The notes below the pieces were generated by a model. It ran no database searches. It saw nothing but the letters and a program-made list of their open reading frames with translations, and was not told the origin of the DNA. Both the position numbers and the translations under genes were made by a program. A DNA stretch of 24,000 nucleotides. Source: Labedella phragmitis. Its GTDB lineage: Bacteria > Actinomycetota > Actinomycetes > Actinomycetales > Microbacteriaceae. The first letter of the stretch is position 1; each line of letters starts with the position of its first letter. Shown here one piece after another: positions 8,307-16,983 of this stretch. The DNA lies in the NCBI RefSeq assembly GCF_004078635.1, contig NZ_RZNB01000003.1:475866-499865 (forward strand), in the 5' to 3' direction.

Positions 8307-8657
8307 ATGAAACCCACGAGCGTCTCCGTCGCCCTTCCCGTCCGCGACCTCGCTTCGGCCATCGCCTGGTATCGGCGGGCGTTCGCGATCGACGAGGACC
8401 CGGTGTCGCCGGCGCCCGGTCTCGCTGAATTCCTCGTCGGCCCGATCGAGTTGCAGCTGAGCGAGGAACCGACGGACCGCTCGGGGGCGGAGATCACGGT
8501 GCGGTTCGGCGTCACGGACGCCGCGGCAGAGCATTCCCGCTTGAGCACGCTCGGCATGGAGGTCGGGGAGCTGATCCACGTTCCCGGAGTCGTCGACGTC
8601 TTCGATTTCGCAGACCCGGACGGCAACGTCCTCAGTGTCTACTCGCTCGCCGACTGA
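8307..8657 (+). CDS. VOC-family (glyoxalase-like) protein, second copy
   Basis: MKPTSVSVALPVRDLASAIAWYRRAFAI...DPDGNVLSVYS is a VOC-type fold pattern. Start is uncertain (ATG 8307, GTG 8304 or ATG 8244). Divergent from arsR. Confidence 0.75.
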   Translation: MKPTSVSVALPVRDLASAIAWYRRAFAIDEDPVSPAPGLAEFLVGPIELQLSEEPTDRSGAEITVRFGVTDAAAEHSRLSTLGMEVGELIHVPGVVDVFDFADPDGNVLSVYSLAD

Positions 8658-8740
8658 CCCCGTCACCGCGTCGGAGGTCGCCGCTCGTCTACGCAGGACA
8701 CCCCCTGGAAGGAGCGGAGCGCGACGGCTCAACCGGCGTC

Positions 8741-9742
8741 CTACTGGTTGCGCTCCGATTGACGGTCGTGAACGCTGCCGCCGACTTCCTCGGGTAGCTC
8801 CTCCACCGGGACGACGACGACGTCCTGGAGCTTCCAGTCGAGATCGATGAGTCGGTCGCGGGCGCTCTCGAGATCGGTCAGCGAGACCTTGCCCCAACGC
8901 GACACCACGAAGGCCTCGGCGTGGAACACGTGGCCCTGATCGCGCAGTCGGACGCCCGCGTCCTCGACCCAGCGCAGGGTCCGCAACTCGTCGACGATGT
9001 GGCGGCCGAGCGGATGCGGCGCGCCGTCGTCGAACGTCGTCGCGCGCGAATCCATCAGGTCCGTGATCGCGGCGCGCACGTTCTTGACGCCGTCCCAGAC
9101 GATGCTCGCGGCGATGAAGATCGCTGCGGCCGAGTCGGCCCACCAGAGGCCGACACCGATGCCCGCGACGCCCACGATCGAACCGACCGCCGTCTGCCAG
9201 TCGGCCTTGTTCATGTCCGCGTCGGCGTAGAGCACCTTGTCGTGCAGTTCCTTCGCGAGCGCCATCTTCTGGCGACCGAAGTAGATGGGCAGCGGGATCG
9301 TGAGCGCCATCACGCCCATCATGAGCCAGCCGAGCCAGACCACATGCCCGAAGAGCTCGACCGAGCCGATCGGCGGGTGTTCGGCCGCGATGAGACCGGA
9401 CGCGGAGTCCGCGATGAGGTACGCGCCCATCGTGAAGAGGGCGACGCCCGCCACGAGATGCGCAATGCCGATCGAGCGGTGGAATCCGTACGGGTGCCGC
9501 ATCGTCGGCGTCCTGTTGACGATCCGCACCGCGATGAGGAAGGCGAGCGGCGGCGCGAGCGACAGCATGTCCTCGATCCACGCGGCCTTCATCGCTTGCG
9601 AGTTGCCGAGCACCAGGTACACGAGCGCGATCGTGATCACGAGGAACACGAGGGTGGCCCACTCGATGCGGATGGAGGCCTTCAGGACCTCGGCCTGCCG
9701 GTCGGGCAACTCCGTCCGTCCGAAGCGCGGCTTCGCGGTCAC
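8741..9742 (-). CDS. Cation diffusion facilitator (CDF) family transporter
   Basis: Six hydrophobic segments, an HPYGFHRSIGIAHL motif, and a C-terminal cytoplasmic domain (ITDLMDS...HVFHAEAFVV...). Start trimmed to GTG 9742, which overlaps the upstream gene's stop (GTGA at 9739-9742). The longer track ORF has shadow-frame composition upstream of that point. Confidence 0.8.
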   Translation of the reverse strand: MTAKPRFGRTELPDRQAEVLKASIRIEWATLVFLVITIALVYLVLGNSQAMKAAWIEDMLSLAPPLAFLIAVRIVNRTPTMRHPYGFHRSIGIAHLVAGVALFTMGAYLIADSASGLIAAEHPPIGSVELFGHVVWLGWLMMGVMALTIPLPIYFGRQKMALAKELHDKVLYADADMNKADWQTAVGSIVGVAGIGVGLWWADSAAAIFIAASIVWDGVKNVRAAITDLMDSRATTFDDGAPHPLGRHIVDELRTLRWVEDAGVRLRDQGHVFHAEAFVVSRWGKVSLTDLESARDRLIDLDWKLQDVVVVPVEELPEEVGGSVHDRQSERNQ

Positions 9743-10233
9743 TTCTGCTCCCCGTCCCCCTCGAGCAGGAACCGCTCGAGCCGCACGAGGAACGCGTTCT
9801 CTCCCATCGGGGCGAGCATCACGTGCTTCGCGGTCGTGCCCTCGTCGTTCGTCGATTCGGCGTACGGCTGAGTCATCGCCGCCTTCGACGTCCACGGCGT
9901 CGTGTCGGTGAAGCCGCCGATCACGAGGTCGAGTTCGCCGCGTTCGAGAGCGGAGACGAGGTCGGCCTCGCCGCCCTCCGTCCAGTCGACGTCGGCATGG
10001 AGGTTCTCCGCGAACTCCTCGACGAGGTCGACCTCGGTGCCGGTGGGCGCCCCGCTCCCCGCGGTCTCCGTCCAGGGCGCGCTCTCCGACACGCCGACGC
10101 GGAGTTCACCGCCCGTCACGCGGTCGAGGGTGCCGTCGGGGTCGTTAGGGATCGAGATGCCGCAACCGGCCAGGAGGGAGACCGCGACGATCGCGAGGGT
10201 CGTCGGCGTCGCCGAGCGGAGGAACATGCTCAT
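9739..10233 (-). CDS. Lipoprotein with a truncated family-3 solute-binding-protein-like domain
   Basis: Signal peptide plus lipobox (LLAGC). GELRVGVSESAPWTE...GTEVDLVEEFAENLHADVDWTEGGEADLVSALERGELDLVIGGFTDT matches the N-lobe pattern of SBP_bac_3 proteins, but the whole protein is only about 165 aa. TAGGGT 7 nt upstream of ATG 10233 suggests a leaderless transcript. Confidence 0.7.
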   Translation of the reverse strand: MSMFLRSATPTTLAIVAVSLLAGCGISIPNDPDGTLDRVTGGELRVGVSESAPWTETAGSGAPTGTEVDLVEEFAENLHADVDWTEGGEADLVSALERGELDLVIGGFTDTTPWTSKAAMTQPYAESTNDEGTTAKHVMLAPMGENAFLVRLERFLLEGDGEQK

Positions 10234-10360
10234 GACCACGACCCTATCGAGGCATCGTCGACCGGGCACGCTGCTGGACTCTCTCCTCGGGGAGGAGGAT
10301 CATTGGCCCCGATCGCGCGCCGCTTCCGGTGATCCCACCCCAGTCGATACGCTCGAACGG

Positions 10361-10720
10361 ATGGGTGGCGCATGGCGATCAGACGACCAGACGGTACCCG
10401 CACGCGCGCTCGAGGAGTTCGCCGACTCGATGACCGCTCTCGGTTATCCCACCGCGACGTCTTGGGCGGACGGGTTCCGCTCGCTCGCGGAGCGATTGCG
10501 TGCGATGCCCGCCGCCGCCGATCGCCGAGCTCTCTATCGCCACGTCGGGCAGATGCTCCGTGGTGGAATGGGCAGCGTCAACGACCTCTACTCCCCCGAA
10601 CCGGAGATCGACGCCGCGTACCGCCAGGCGCGGCACGCGGTCGGGCGGATCTTCGGGCTGAGTTTCGCGCGCTCGTTGCTCGACGACGCGTTCCTGGGGC
10701 GAGTGTCCTGGTACCGCTGA
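10361..10720 (+). CDS. Hypothetical protein (119 aa, predicted helical, GGMGSVNDL motif)
   Basis: This is the only part of track ORF 9902..10720 that is not antisense to the lipoprotein gene. TACGCT 7 nt upstream of ATG 10361 suggests a leaderless transcript. I cannot assign a family with confidence. Confidence 0.55.
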   Translation: MGGAWRSDDQTVPARALEEFADSMTALGYPTATSWADGFRSLAERLRAMPAAADRRALYRHVGQMLRGGMGSVNDLYSPEPEIDAAYRQARHAVGRIFGLSFARSLLDDAFLGRVSWYR

Positions 10721-10886
10721 TGTCCCTCTGCGATGCCGGCGGCGTGACCGGTGACCGGGACGCGGCCGACTCGTTCCACTCCCCCGGCGTCGACACCGTG
10801 CTCTCGGCGTCCCGCGCCCTCGCTTCCTGAGACGGACCGCCGACTCCACAACCCGACGCGTCACCGGGAGCGACTAGCGTCGTAGC

Positions 10887-13412
10887 GTGACCTCCCTCCT
10901 CGAACGCATGCCGTCGGCCGATGATCCGGACGCCGCGTACACCGCGTTCGCGGAGTGGGCCGAGGAGCGCGGCACGACCCTCTACCCCGCGCAGGAGGAG
11001 GCCGTCCTCGAGATCGTCACGGGAGCGAACGTCGTCCTCTCGACGCCGACCGGCACGGGCAAGTCGCTCGTCGCGATCGCCGCCCACGCCGTCGCGACCG
11101 CGCGCGGCGAGGTCAGCTACTACACAGCGCCGATCAAGGCCCTCGTGAGCGAGAAGTTCTTCCAGCTCGTGGACGTGTTCGGCGCTGAGAACGTCGGCAT
11201 GGTCACGGGCGACACGTCGGTGAACTCGGACGCGCCGATCATCTGCTGCACGGCCGAGATCCTCGCGAACCTCGCCTTGCGTCACGGTGAGGAGGCCCTC
11301 GTCGACGTCGTCATCATGGACGAGTTCCACTACTACGCCGACGCCGACCGCGGTTGGGCGTGGCAGGTCCCCCTCCTCACGCTCCCCCGTGCGCGCTTCG
11401 TGCTCATGTCGGCGACGCTCGGCGACGTCACCGAGATCGCCGACGACCTCGAGGAACGGACCGGTCGGCCGGTCGCGAAGGTCACGGGCGTCGAACGGCC
11501 CGTTCCGCTCTTCCACTCCTACGAGCGCTCACCGATCCACGAGACGGTCGAGGAACTCCTTCACACCGACAAGGCGCCGGTCTACATCGTCCACTTCTCG
11601 CAAGCGGCCGCGATGGAGCGCGCTCAAGCGCTCATGAGCATCAAGATGCTCTCGCGAGAGGCGCGCGACGAGATCGCCGACGCCATCGGTGAGTTCCGGT
11701 TCACGACGGCGTTCGGCAAATCGCTCAGCCGCCTCGTGCGGTCCGGGATCGGCGTGCATCACGCGGGCATGCTGCCGAAGTACCGCCGCCTCGTCGAGCA
11801 GCTCGCGGGGCGCGGGCTGCTGCGGGTCATCTGCGGGACGGACACCCTCGGCGTCGGCATCAACGTCCCGATCCGCACCGTGCTCCTGACGGCGCTCACG
11901 AAGTTCGACGGCACGAAGATGCGGCAGCTCACGGCGCGCGAGTTCCACCAGCTCGCCGGGCGGGCCGGTCGCGCCGGGTACGACACCGCCGGCTACGTCG
12001 CCGTCGAGGCTCCCGAGCACGAGATCGAGAACGCGCGAGCGATCGAGAAGGCTGGGGACGATCCGAAGAAGAAGCGCAAGATCATCCGCAAGAAGGCGCC
12101 GGAGGGCTTCGTCTCGTGGGGAGAGGCGAGCTTCGAGAAGCTCCTCGCCGCCGAACCGGAACCGCTCACGAGCCGCATGCAGATGACGGCGTCGATGCTC
12201 ATGAGCATCATCTCCCGCGGAAGCGACGCGCTCTCGGACGTGCGCGATCTCATCTTCTCGAGTCATGAACCGCGAGCCCGGAAGTACGCGCTCGCCCGCC
12301 GCGCGATCGAGATCTTCCGCACCCTCGTCACCGCGGAGGTCGTCGAGGTCGTCCGCGGCGAGGTCGCCGAGGACGGCACACCGCTCAAGCCGATCATCCG
12401 GTTGACGGCGCCGCTCCAGCACGACTTCGCGCTCAATCAGCCCCTCTCCCCGTTCGCGCTCGCGGCGCTCGATCTGCTCGACCCGGCGTCGCCCGAGTAC
12501 GCGCTCGACGTCGTGAGCGTCATCGAAGCCACGCTCGACAACCCACGGCCGGTGCTGTCGCAGCAGGAGTACAAGGCGAGGGGTGAGGCCGTCGGCGCGA
12601 TGAAGGCCGAGGGCATCGAGTACGAGGAGCGCATGGAGCTCCTCGAGGAGGTCACGTACCCGAAGCCGCTCGAGGAGTTGCTCACGTCCGCCTTCGACAC
12701 GTTCGCCGAGACGCAGCCGTGGGTCCGCGACTACGAACTCAAGCCCAAGTCGGTCGTGCGCGACATGGCCGAGCGGGCGATGACGTTCGGCGAGTTCGTG
12801 TCGTTCTACGCGCTCGGCCGCAGCGAGGGGCTCGTCCTCCGCTACCTCGGCGACGCGTACCGCGCGTTGCGGCACTCGGTGCCGGAGGAGCTCAAGAGCG
12901 AGGAGCTGCTCGACATCGTCGAGTGGCTCGGCGAGCTCGTGCGACAGGTCGACTCGAGCCTGCTCGACGAGTGGGAGCGGCTCATCAATCCCACGATCGA
13001 TCCAGAGGCACCCGTCGCGCCGCCTCCCCCGCCGAGCGTCCTGCGCAACCGGCGCGCGTTCACGGTGCTCGTCCGCAACGAGCTGTTCCGTCGCGTGCAG
13101 CTCATGGCCCTCGAGGACGAGCAGGGCCTCATGGAGCTCGACGGCCCGTCCGGTTTCGGACTCGCGCAGTGGGGCGACGCGCTCGACGCCTACTACGAGC
13201 AGCACGACTCCATCGGAACCGGGGCGGACGCCCGCAGCGCGCGGATGCTCTCGATCGAGGAGCGACCGGACGAGGGCGTCTGGCACGTCCAGCAGATCCT
13301 CGACGACCCGGAGGGCGACCACGACTGGCGCATCTTCGCCGATGTCGACCTCGCCGCCTCCGAGGCGGAGGGCGTCGCGATCGTGCGCGTCACGCGGGTC
13401 GCCGCGCTCTGA
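10887..13412 (+). CDS. Superfamily-2 DExH (Ski2-like) helicase with a long C-terminal extension (DUF3516-type)
   Basis: Helicase motifs I STPTGTGKS, Ia TAPIKALVSEKF, II DEFH, III SAT, V GTDTLGVGINVP and VI QLAGRAGRAG, plus a roughly 400-aa C-terminal region. TAGCGT 6 nt upstream of GTG 10887. ATG 10908 is an alternative start. Confidence 0.9.
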   Translation: MTSLLERMPSADDPDAAYTAFAEWAEERGTTLYPAQEEAVLEIVTGANVVLSTPTGTGKSLVAIAAHAVATARGEVSYYTAPIKALVSEKFFQLVDVFGAENVGMVTGDTSVNSDAPIICCTAEILANLALRHGEEALVDVVIMDEFHYYADADRGWAWQVPLLTLPRARFVLMSATLGDVTEIADDLEERTGRPVAKVTGVERPVPLFHSYERSPIHETVEELLHTDKAPVYIVHFSQAAAMERAQALMSIKMLSREARDEIADAIGEFRFTTAFGKSLSRLVRSGIGVHHAGMLPKYRRLVEQLAGRGLLRVICGTDTLGVGINVPIRTVLLTALTKFDGTKMRQLTAREFHQLAGRAGRAGYDTAGYVAVEAPEHEIENARAIEKAGDDPKKKRKIIRKKAPEGFVSWGEASFEKLLAAEPEPLTSRMQMTASMLMSIISRGSDALSDVRDLIFSSHEPRARKYALARRAIEIFRTLVTAEVVEVVRGEVAEDGTPLKPIIRLTAPLQHDFALNQPLSPFALAALDLLDPASPEYALDVVSVIEATLDNPRPVLSQQEYKARGEAVGAMKAEGIEYEERMELLEEVTYPKPLEELLTSAFDTFAETQPWVRDYELKPKSVVRDMAERAMTFGEFVSFYALGRSEGLVLRYLGDAYRALRHSVPEELKSEELLDIVEWLGELVRQVDSSLLDEWERLINPTIDPEAPVAPPPPPSVLRNRRAFTVLVRNELFRRVQLMALEDEQGLMELDGPSGFGLAQWGDALDAYYEQHDSIGTGADARSARMLSIEERPDEGVWHVQQILDDPEGDHDWRIFADVDLAASEAEGVAIVRVTRVAAL

Positions 13413-13505
13413 GGCGGAGGTCGGGCCACGCACCCGGCAGTGGCTCTTTCGCCTCGGCCTCGACGACGCCAGCATGGTGGGCGGCGGACGTGAGAGGACA
13501 CGGGA

Positions 13506-14213
13506 ATGAAGAGGATCGGGCTGCTGGGCGGGATGAGCTGGGAGTCGACGGCGGAGTACTACCGGCTCGCGAACGAGCTCGTGCGCGAACGTCTCGGCGA
13601 CCTCCACTCCGCGGAGGTCGTCATGGTGTCCCTGGACTTCGCCGTCATCGAGCGATTGCAGGTCTCGGGTGATTGGGACGAGGCCGGTCGGCGGCTGGCG
13701 GACGAGGCCCTCCGTGTCGAGGCGGCGGGAGCCGACCTGCTCGTGCTGTGCACGAACACGATGCACAAGGTCGCCGAATCGATCGAGGCGGCGACGTCGA
13801 TCCCGTTCCTCCACATCGCCGACACGACGGCGGCCGCCATCCGCCGCGAGGGGATCACGCGGATCGGACTGCTGGGTACGGCGTTCACGATGGAGCAGGA
13901 CTTCTACCGCGATCGGCTCACGAGTCTCGGTCTCGAGGTGTTGATCCCCGACGCTCCCGACCGCGCGGAGGTGCATCGGATCATCTACGAGGAACTCGTA
14001 CTCGGAGTCGTGACCGAGCCGTCCCGGGCGACCTATCGGGCGGTGATCGAGCGTCTCGTCGCCGCGGGCGCCGACGGCATCATCCTCGGGTGCACCGAGA
14101 TCGAGCTCCTCGTGGGTCAGCAGGACTCGTCCGTGCCGGTCTTCCCGACGACGCGACTGCACGTCGAGGCCGCCGTCGACGCCGCGCTCGCGGAGGCCGT
14201 CGCGATCCCGTGA
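13506..14213 (+). CDS. Aspartate/glutamate racemase family protein
   Basis: IGLLGGMSWESTAEYY N-terminus and two catalytic-Cys motifs (VLCTNTMH and ILGCTEIELL). GAGAGGA SD upstream. Confidence 0.9.
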   Translation: MKRIGLLGGMSWESTAEYYRLANELVRERLGDLHSAEVVMVSLDFAVIERLQVSGDWDEAGRRLADEALRVEAAGADLLVLCTNTMHKVAESIEAATSIPFLHIADTTAAAIRREGITRIGLLGTAFTMEQDFYRDRLTSLGLEVLIPDAPDRAEVHRIIYEELVLGVVTEPSRATYRAVIERLVAAGADGIILGCTEIELLVGQQDSSVPVFPTTRLHVEAAVDAALAEAVAIP

Positions 14214-14272
14214 CAGCGGCCGGGGCGCGGCGTACCGTTCCCACCGGTGATTCGCGGCGGTACGGTCGAAGA

Positions 14273-14677
14273 ATGCGGCGGACCCTCGTGCTCACGATCG
14301 TCGCCGTCGTCGTGCTCACCGGGTGCTCCTCCAGCACAAGGAGCGTCGTTCAGTCCGGCGACGAACTCGACGTCGAGCCGTGCGCGACCGTCGAGGGCCA
14401 GATCATCGATGTCGAAAACCTCGAGGCGGAGACCCCGGTCTCGTGCGCCCTCCCCGCCGTCGTCCTCCGGTTCCCGGACGGTACGCAGCTCGAGGTCGCA
14501 GGCGGAAGCGGCTCGCTCGACGCGGGCGACGGTCGGCAGTACGGCTACGGGACGTTCGACATCTACGGCACCGCCGTCTACAGCGACATCCCGGGCGAGG
14601 GTCGGACCTGGTGGGGCACCCCCGAAGGCATCCGTCGGCTCCAGTACCTCGAGGGACTCGTCGACAGCTACCGCTGA
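14273..14677 (+). CDS. Small secreted lipoprotein, unknown function
   Basis: MRRTLVLTIVAVVVLTGCSSS contains a lipobox (LTGC). Trimmed from track ORF 13673..14677. TACGGT 6 nt upstream of ATG 14273. Two further Cys residues in the mature part. Confidence 0.65.
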   Translation: MRRTLVLTIVAVVVLTGCSSSTRSVVQSGDELDVEPCATVEGQIIDVENLEAETPVSCALPAVVLRFPDGTQLEVAGGSGSLDAGDGRQYGYGTFDIYGTAVYSDIPGEGRTWWGTPEGIRRLQYLEGLVDSYR

Positions 14678-14779
14678 CGCCTCGGCGCACCCGCCACCCG
14701 CGATACACCAGGGCGGTGCCGAGCCACAACGCCCCCGCGTCGAGCGCCCGTTCGCGGAGCCTCGGCCTACGCTTGCGGC

Positions 14780-15559
14780 ATGACGAGGCGACCCCCCGAC
14801 CCCATCTACTCCGCGGCGATCGGCGCCGGCCGTGCACTGTTCGGCGCCTGGCGCCTCAAGCGTCGCGCGACGGGCCTCGAACACATCCCGAGGACCGGCG
14901 GTGCGGTGTTCGCGATGACGCACTTCGGTTACCTCGAGTTCGCCCTCGTCGAGTGGCAGACGTGGTTGCACACCCGCCGCCGGGTGCGCTTCATGGCCAC
15001 GAAGCGGGCGTTCGACAAGCCCGTCGTCGGCTGGTTGCTGCGAGGGATGAAGCACATCGAGGTCGACATGGCTGCGGGAGCCTCGGCCTACGCCGAGGCG
15101 GTCGCGGCGCTGCGCCGCGGCGAGGTCATCGGCGTCTTCCCGGAAGCCGGTGTGAGCGCGTCGTTCACGGTCCGCGATTTGAAGTCGGGCGCTGTGAGGC
15201 TCGCCGCCGAGGCGGGTGTGCCGATCGTCCCCGTCGCGGTGTGGGGCGGTCAACGACTGCTCGCGAAGAACCGGAAGATCCGGTTGCGCGACCGCATCGG
15301 CGTCGAGGTCGACTTCGCGTACGGTTCACCGATCCTCGTCTCACCTGACGACGCGGTGCCCGAGAAGCTCGCCGAGTTGAAGTCGGAGCTCCAGCGCCTC
15401 ACGGACACCCTGCAGACCGGTTACCGCCAGGACGGCACGGGGCAGTGGTGGCAGCCCCGGCACCTCGGCGGCACCGCTCCGACCCCCGAGGAGGCGGCGG
15501 CGGCCGACGCGGAACGCGACCGCCGCCGCGCCGAGAAGGCCGCCTCCGCCGGCGGCTGA
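14780..15559 (+). CDS. Lysophospholipid (1-acyl-sn-glycerol-3-phosphate) acyltransferase family protein
   Basis: H-x4-acidic motif (THFGYLEF), FPEAG motif and VPIVPVAVWG block typical of PlsC-type acyltransferases. TACGCT 6 nt upstream of ATG 14780. Confidence 0.8.
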   Translation: MTRRPPDPIYSAAIGAGRALFGAWRLKRRATGLEHIPRTGGAVFAMTHFGYLEFALVEWQTWLHTRRRVRFMATKRAFDKPVVGWLLRGMKHIEVDMAAGASAYAEAVAALRRGEVIGVFPEAGVSASFTVRDLKSGAVRLAAEAGVPIVPVAVWGGQRLLAKNRKIRLRDRIGVEVDFAYGSPILVSPDDAVPEKLAELKSELQRLTDTLQTGYRQDGTGQWWQPRHLGGTAPTPEEAAAADAERDRRRAEKAASAGG

Positions 15560-15578
15560 ACCCGACCACCTGGGCGTA

Positions 15579-15627
15579 CGCCCTTCGACGAGCTCGGGGG
15601 ACCGCCCTTCGACAAGCTCAGGGACCG
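15579..15627. repeat. Tandem direct duplication (about 24 bp x 2) of an intergenic CCCTTCGAC(A/G)AGCTC(A/G)GGGACC element
   Basis: CGCCCTTCGACGAGCTCGGGGGAC is followed immediately by CGCCCTTCGACAAGCTCAGGGAC, between the convergent acyltransferase and GH13 genes. The second copy matches 22057..22082 at 23 of 26 positions. Confidence 0.6.
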
Positions 15628-15634
15628 ACAGCCA

Positions 15635-16861
15635 TCAGGCGAGGATCGCCCAGCCGTGGGGCGGGACGGCGCGGCCGTCGAGCGACCCCGCGACCACCGT
15701 CGCGGCGGCGTCCGCGCCCTCGACGCCGGACAGCTCGAGCGGGGAGTCGTCGAGGTTGAGGGCGACGACGAGCCGGTCATCGCCCGACCGCATCTCCAGC
15801 ACGAGCGTCTCGTTCGTGAGGGCGAGCGTCCGACTCCGGGCGGTGTGCAGCCACGAATGACGCCGACGCACGGCGATCAGCTCCTGGTGCAGCGCGTACA
15901 CCTCCCGCTTCCCGGGCAGGTCGGCCGGTGAAGCGGGGAACTCGGGCCGGATCGCGTCGTCGCCGCCGAACCGCTCCTCCTTGAGGCCTTCGAGCCCCCG
16001 CTCGTCCCCCGCGTAGACGGACGGCGTCCCGGCGAGCGTGAAGAGCAGCACGAGCGCGTGTGCGCGGTGGCGCTCGTCCGGAATGCGCGTCGCGAGACGC
16101 GTCACGTCGTGGTTCCCCACGAACGTGTAGGGGACGAAGGTGTCGAGCAGCTCGTTGTGCCGCGTCAGCGTCCAGTCGAGTTCGAAGAGGTTGACCTCGG
16201 CGATCGCGTGCCACGTCGACTGCCACAACTCGTACTGGGTGACGGCGTCCATCCCGGACTCGGAGACGATCGCGGCGTAGTCGCCGTGGAGCACCTCGCC
16301 GACGATGTACGCGTCGGGGTGGGCTTCGCGGACGCGCGGCAGCACGCGCGCCCAGAACGCCGGCGGCACCGAGTAAGCGGCGTCGAGGCGCCAGCCGTCC
16401 GCGCCGCGGTCGAGCCAGTGGATCATCACGCGCGCGACGAGATCGGCGACCGCCGGGTCGTCGTGGTCGAGTTCGACGAGCGCATCGTGCCCCTCGAACG
16501 TACCGCCGTCGCGCACGAGTGCGGTGTCCGGGAACTCCCGGCCCACGTGGTTGAACACGCCGTCGAGCAGCACGCGGATGCCGTGGTCGTGAGCCGCCGT
16601 GATGAGGGACGAGAAGTCGCCATCGTCACCGAGGCGCTCGTCGATCCGGAAGTAGTTGATCGTGTCGTAACCGTGGGTGGACGACGCGAAGACGGGTCCG
16701 AGCGCGATCCCGTTCGCCCCGAGCGCGATGACGTCGTCGAGCCAGCCCTCTATCCGTCGCAGCTCGTGCGTCGGCGTACGGTCCTGTCCCGTCGTGTCGG
16801 CGCCGACGAAGCCGAGCGGATAGACGTGCCACCAGATGACGTGTTCGGTCCATTCGCGCAT
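15635..16861 (-). CDS. GH13 alpha-amylase-family glycoside hydrolase (cytoplasmic, 408 aa)
   Basis: All four GH13 conserved regions are present: DGVFNHVG, GWRLDAAYS, IVGEVLH and FVGNHDVTR. No signal peptide. TAGCCT 7 nt upstream of ATG 16861. Confidence 0.9.
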   Translation of the reverse strand: MREWTEHVIWWHVYPLGFVGADTTGQDRTPTHELRRIEGWLDDVIALGANGIALGPVFASSTHGYDTINYFRIDERLGDDGDFSSLITAAHDHGIRVLLDGVFNHVGREFPDTALVRDGGTFEGHDALVELDHDDPAVADLVARVMIHWLDRGADGWRLDAAYSVPPAFWARVLPRVREAHPDAYIVGEVLHGDYAAIVSESGMDAVTQYELWQSTWHAIAEVNLFELDWTLTRHNELLDTFVPYTFVGNHDVTRLATRIPDERHRAHALVLLFTLAGTPSVYAGDERGLEGLKEERFGGDDAIRPEFPASPADLPGKREVYALHQELIAVRRRHSWLHTARSRTLALTNETLVLEMRSGDDRLVVALNLDDSPLELSGVEGADAAATVVAGSLDGRAVPPHGWAILA

Positions 16862-16983
16862 GGGTTCGAGGCTAACCCGACACCTGCCCGCCCTCCGGGG
16901 GATTGCGCGGCGCCTCGATGCCCCACCCCTTCGGTCCGCGGTACGTGGGAGGTTCGACGATCATCGACGTGCGTGGACGTCCC

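Noticed and set aside
16861-16877. GGGTT-CGAGGCT-AACCC, resembling a tRNA T-arm.
   Set aside because: The loop is not TTCRANY. There are no acceptor, D or anticodon arms around it. It overlaps the GH13 start and promoter region.
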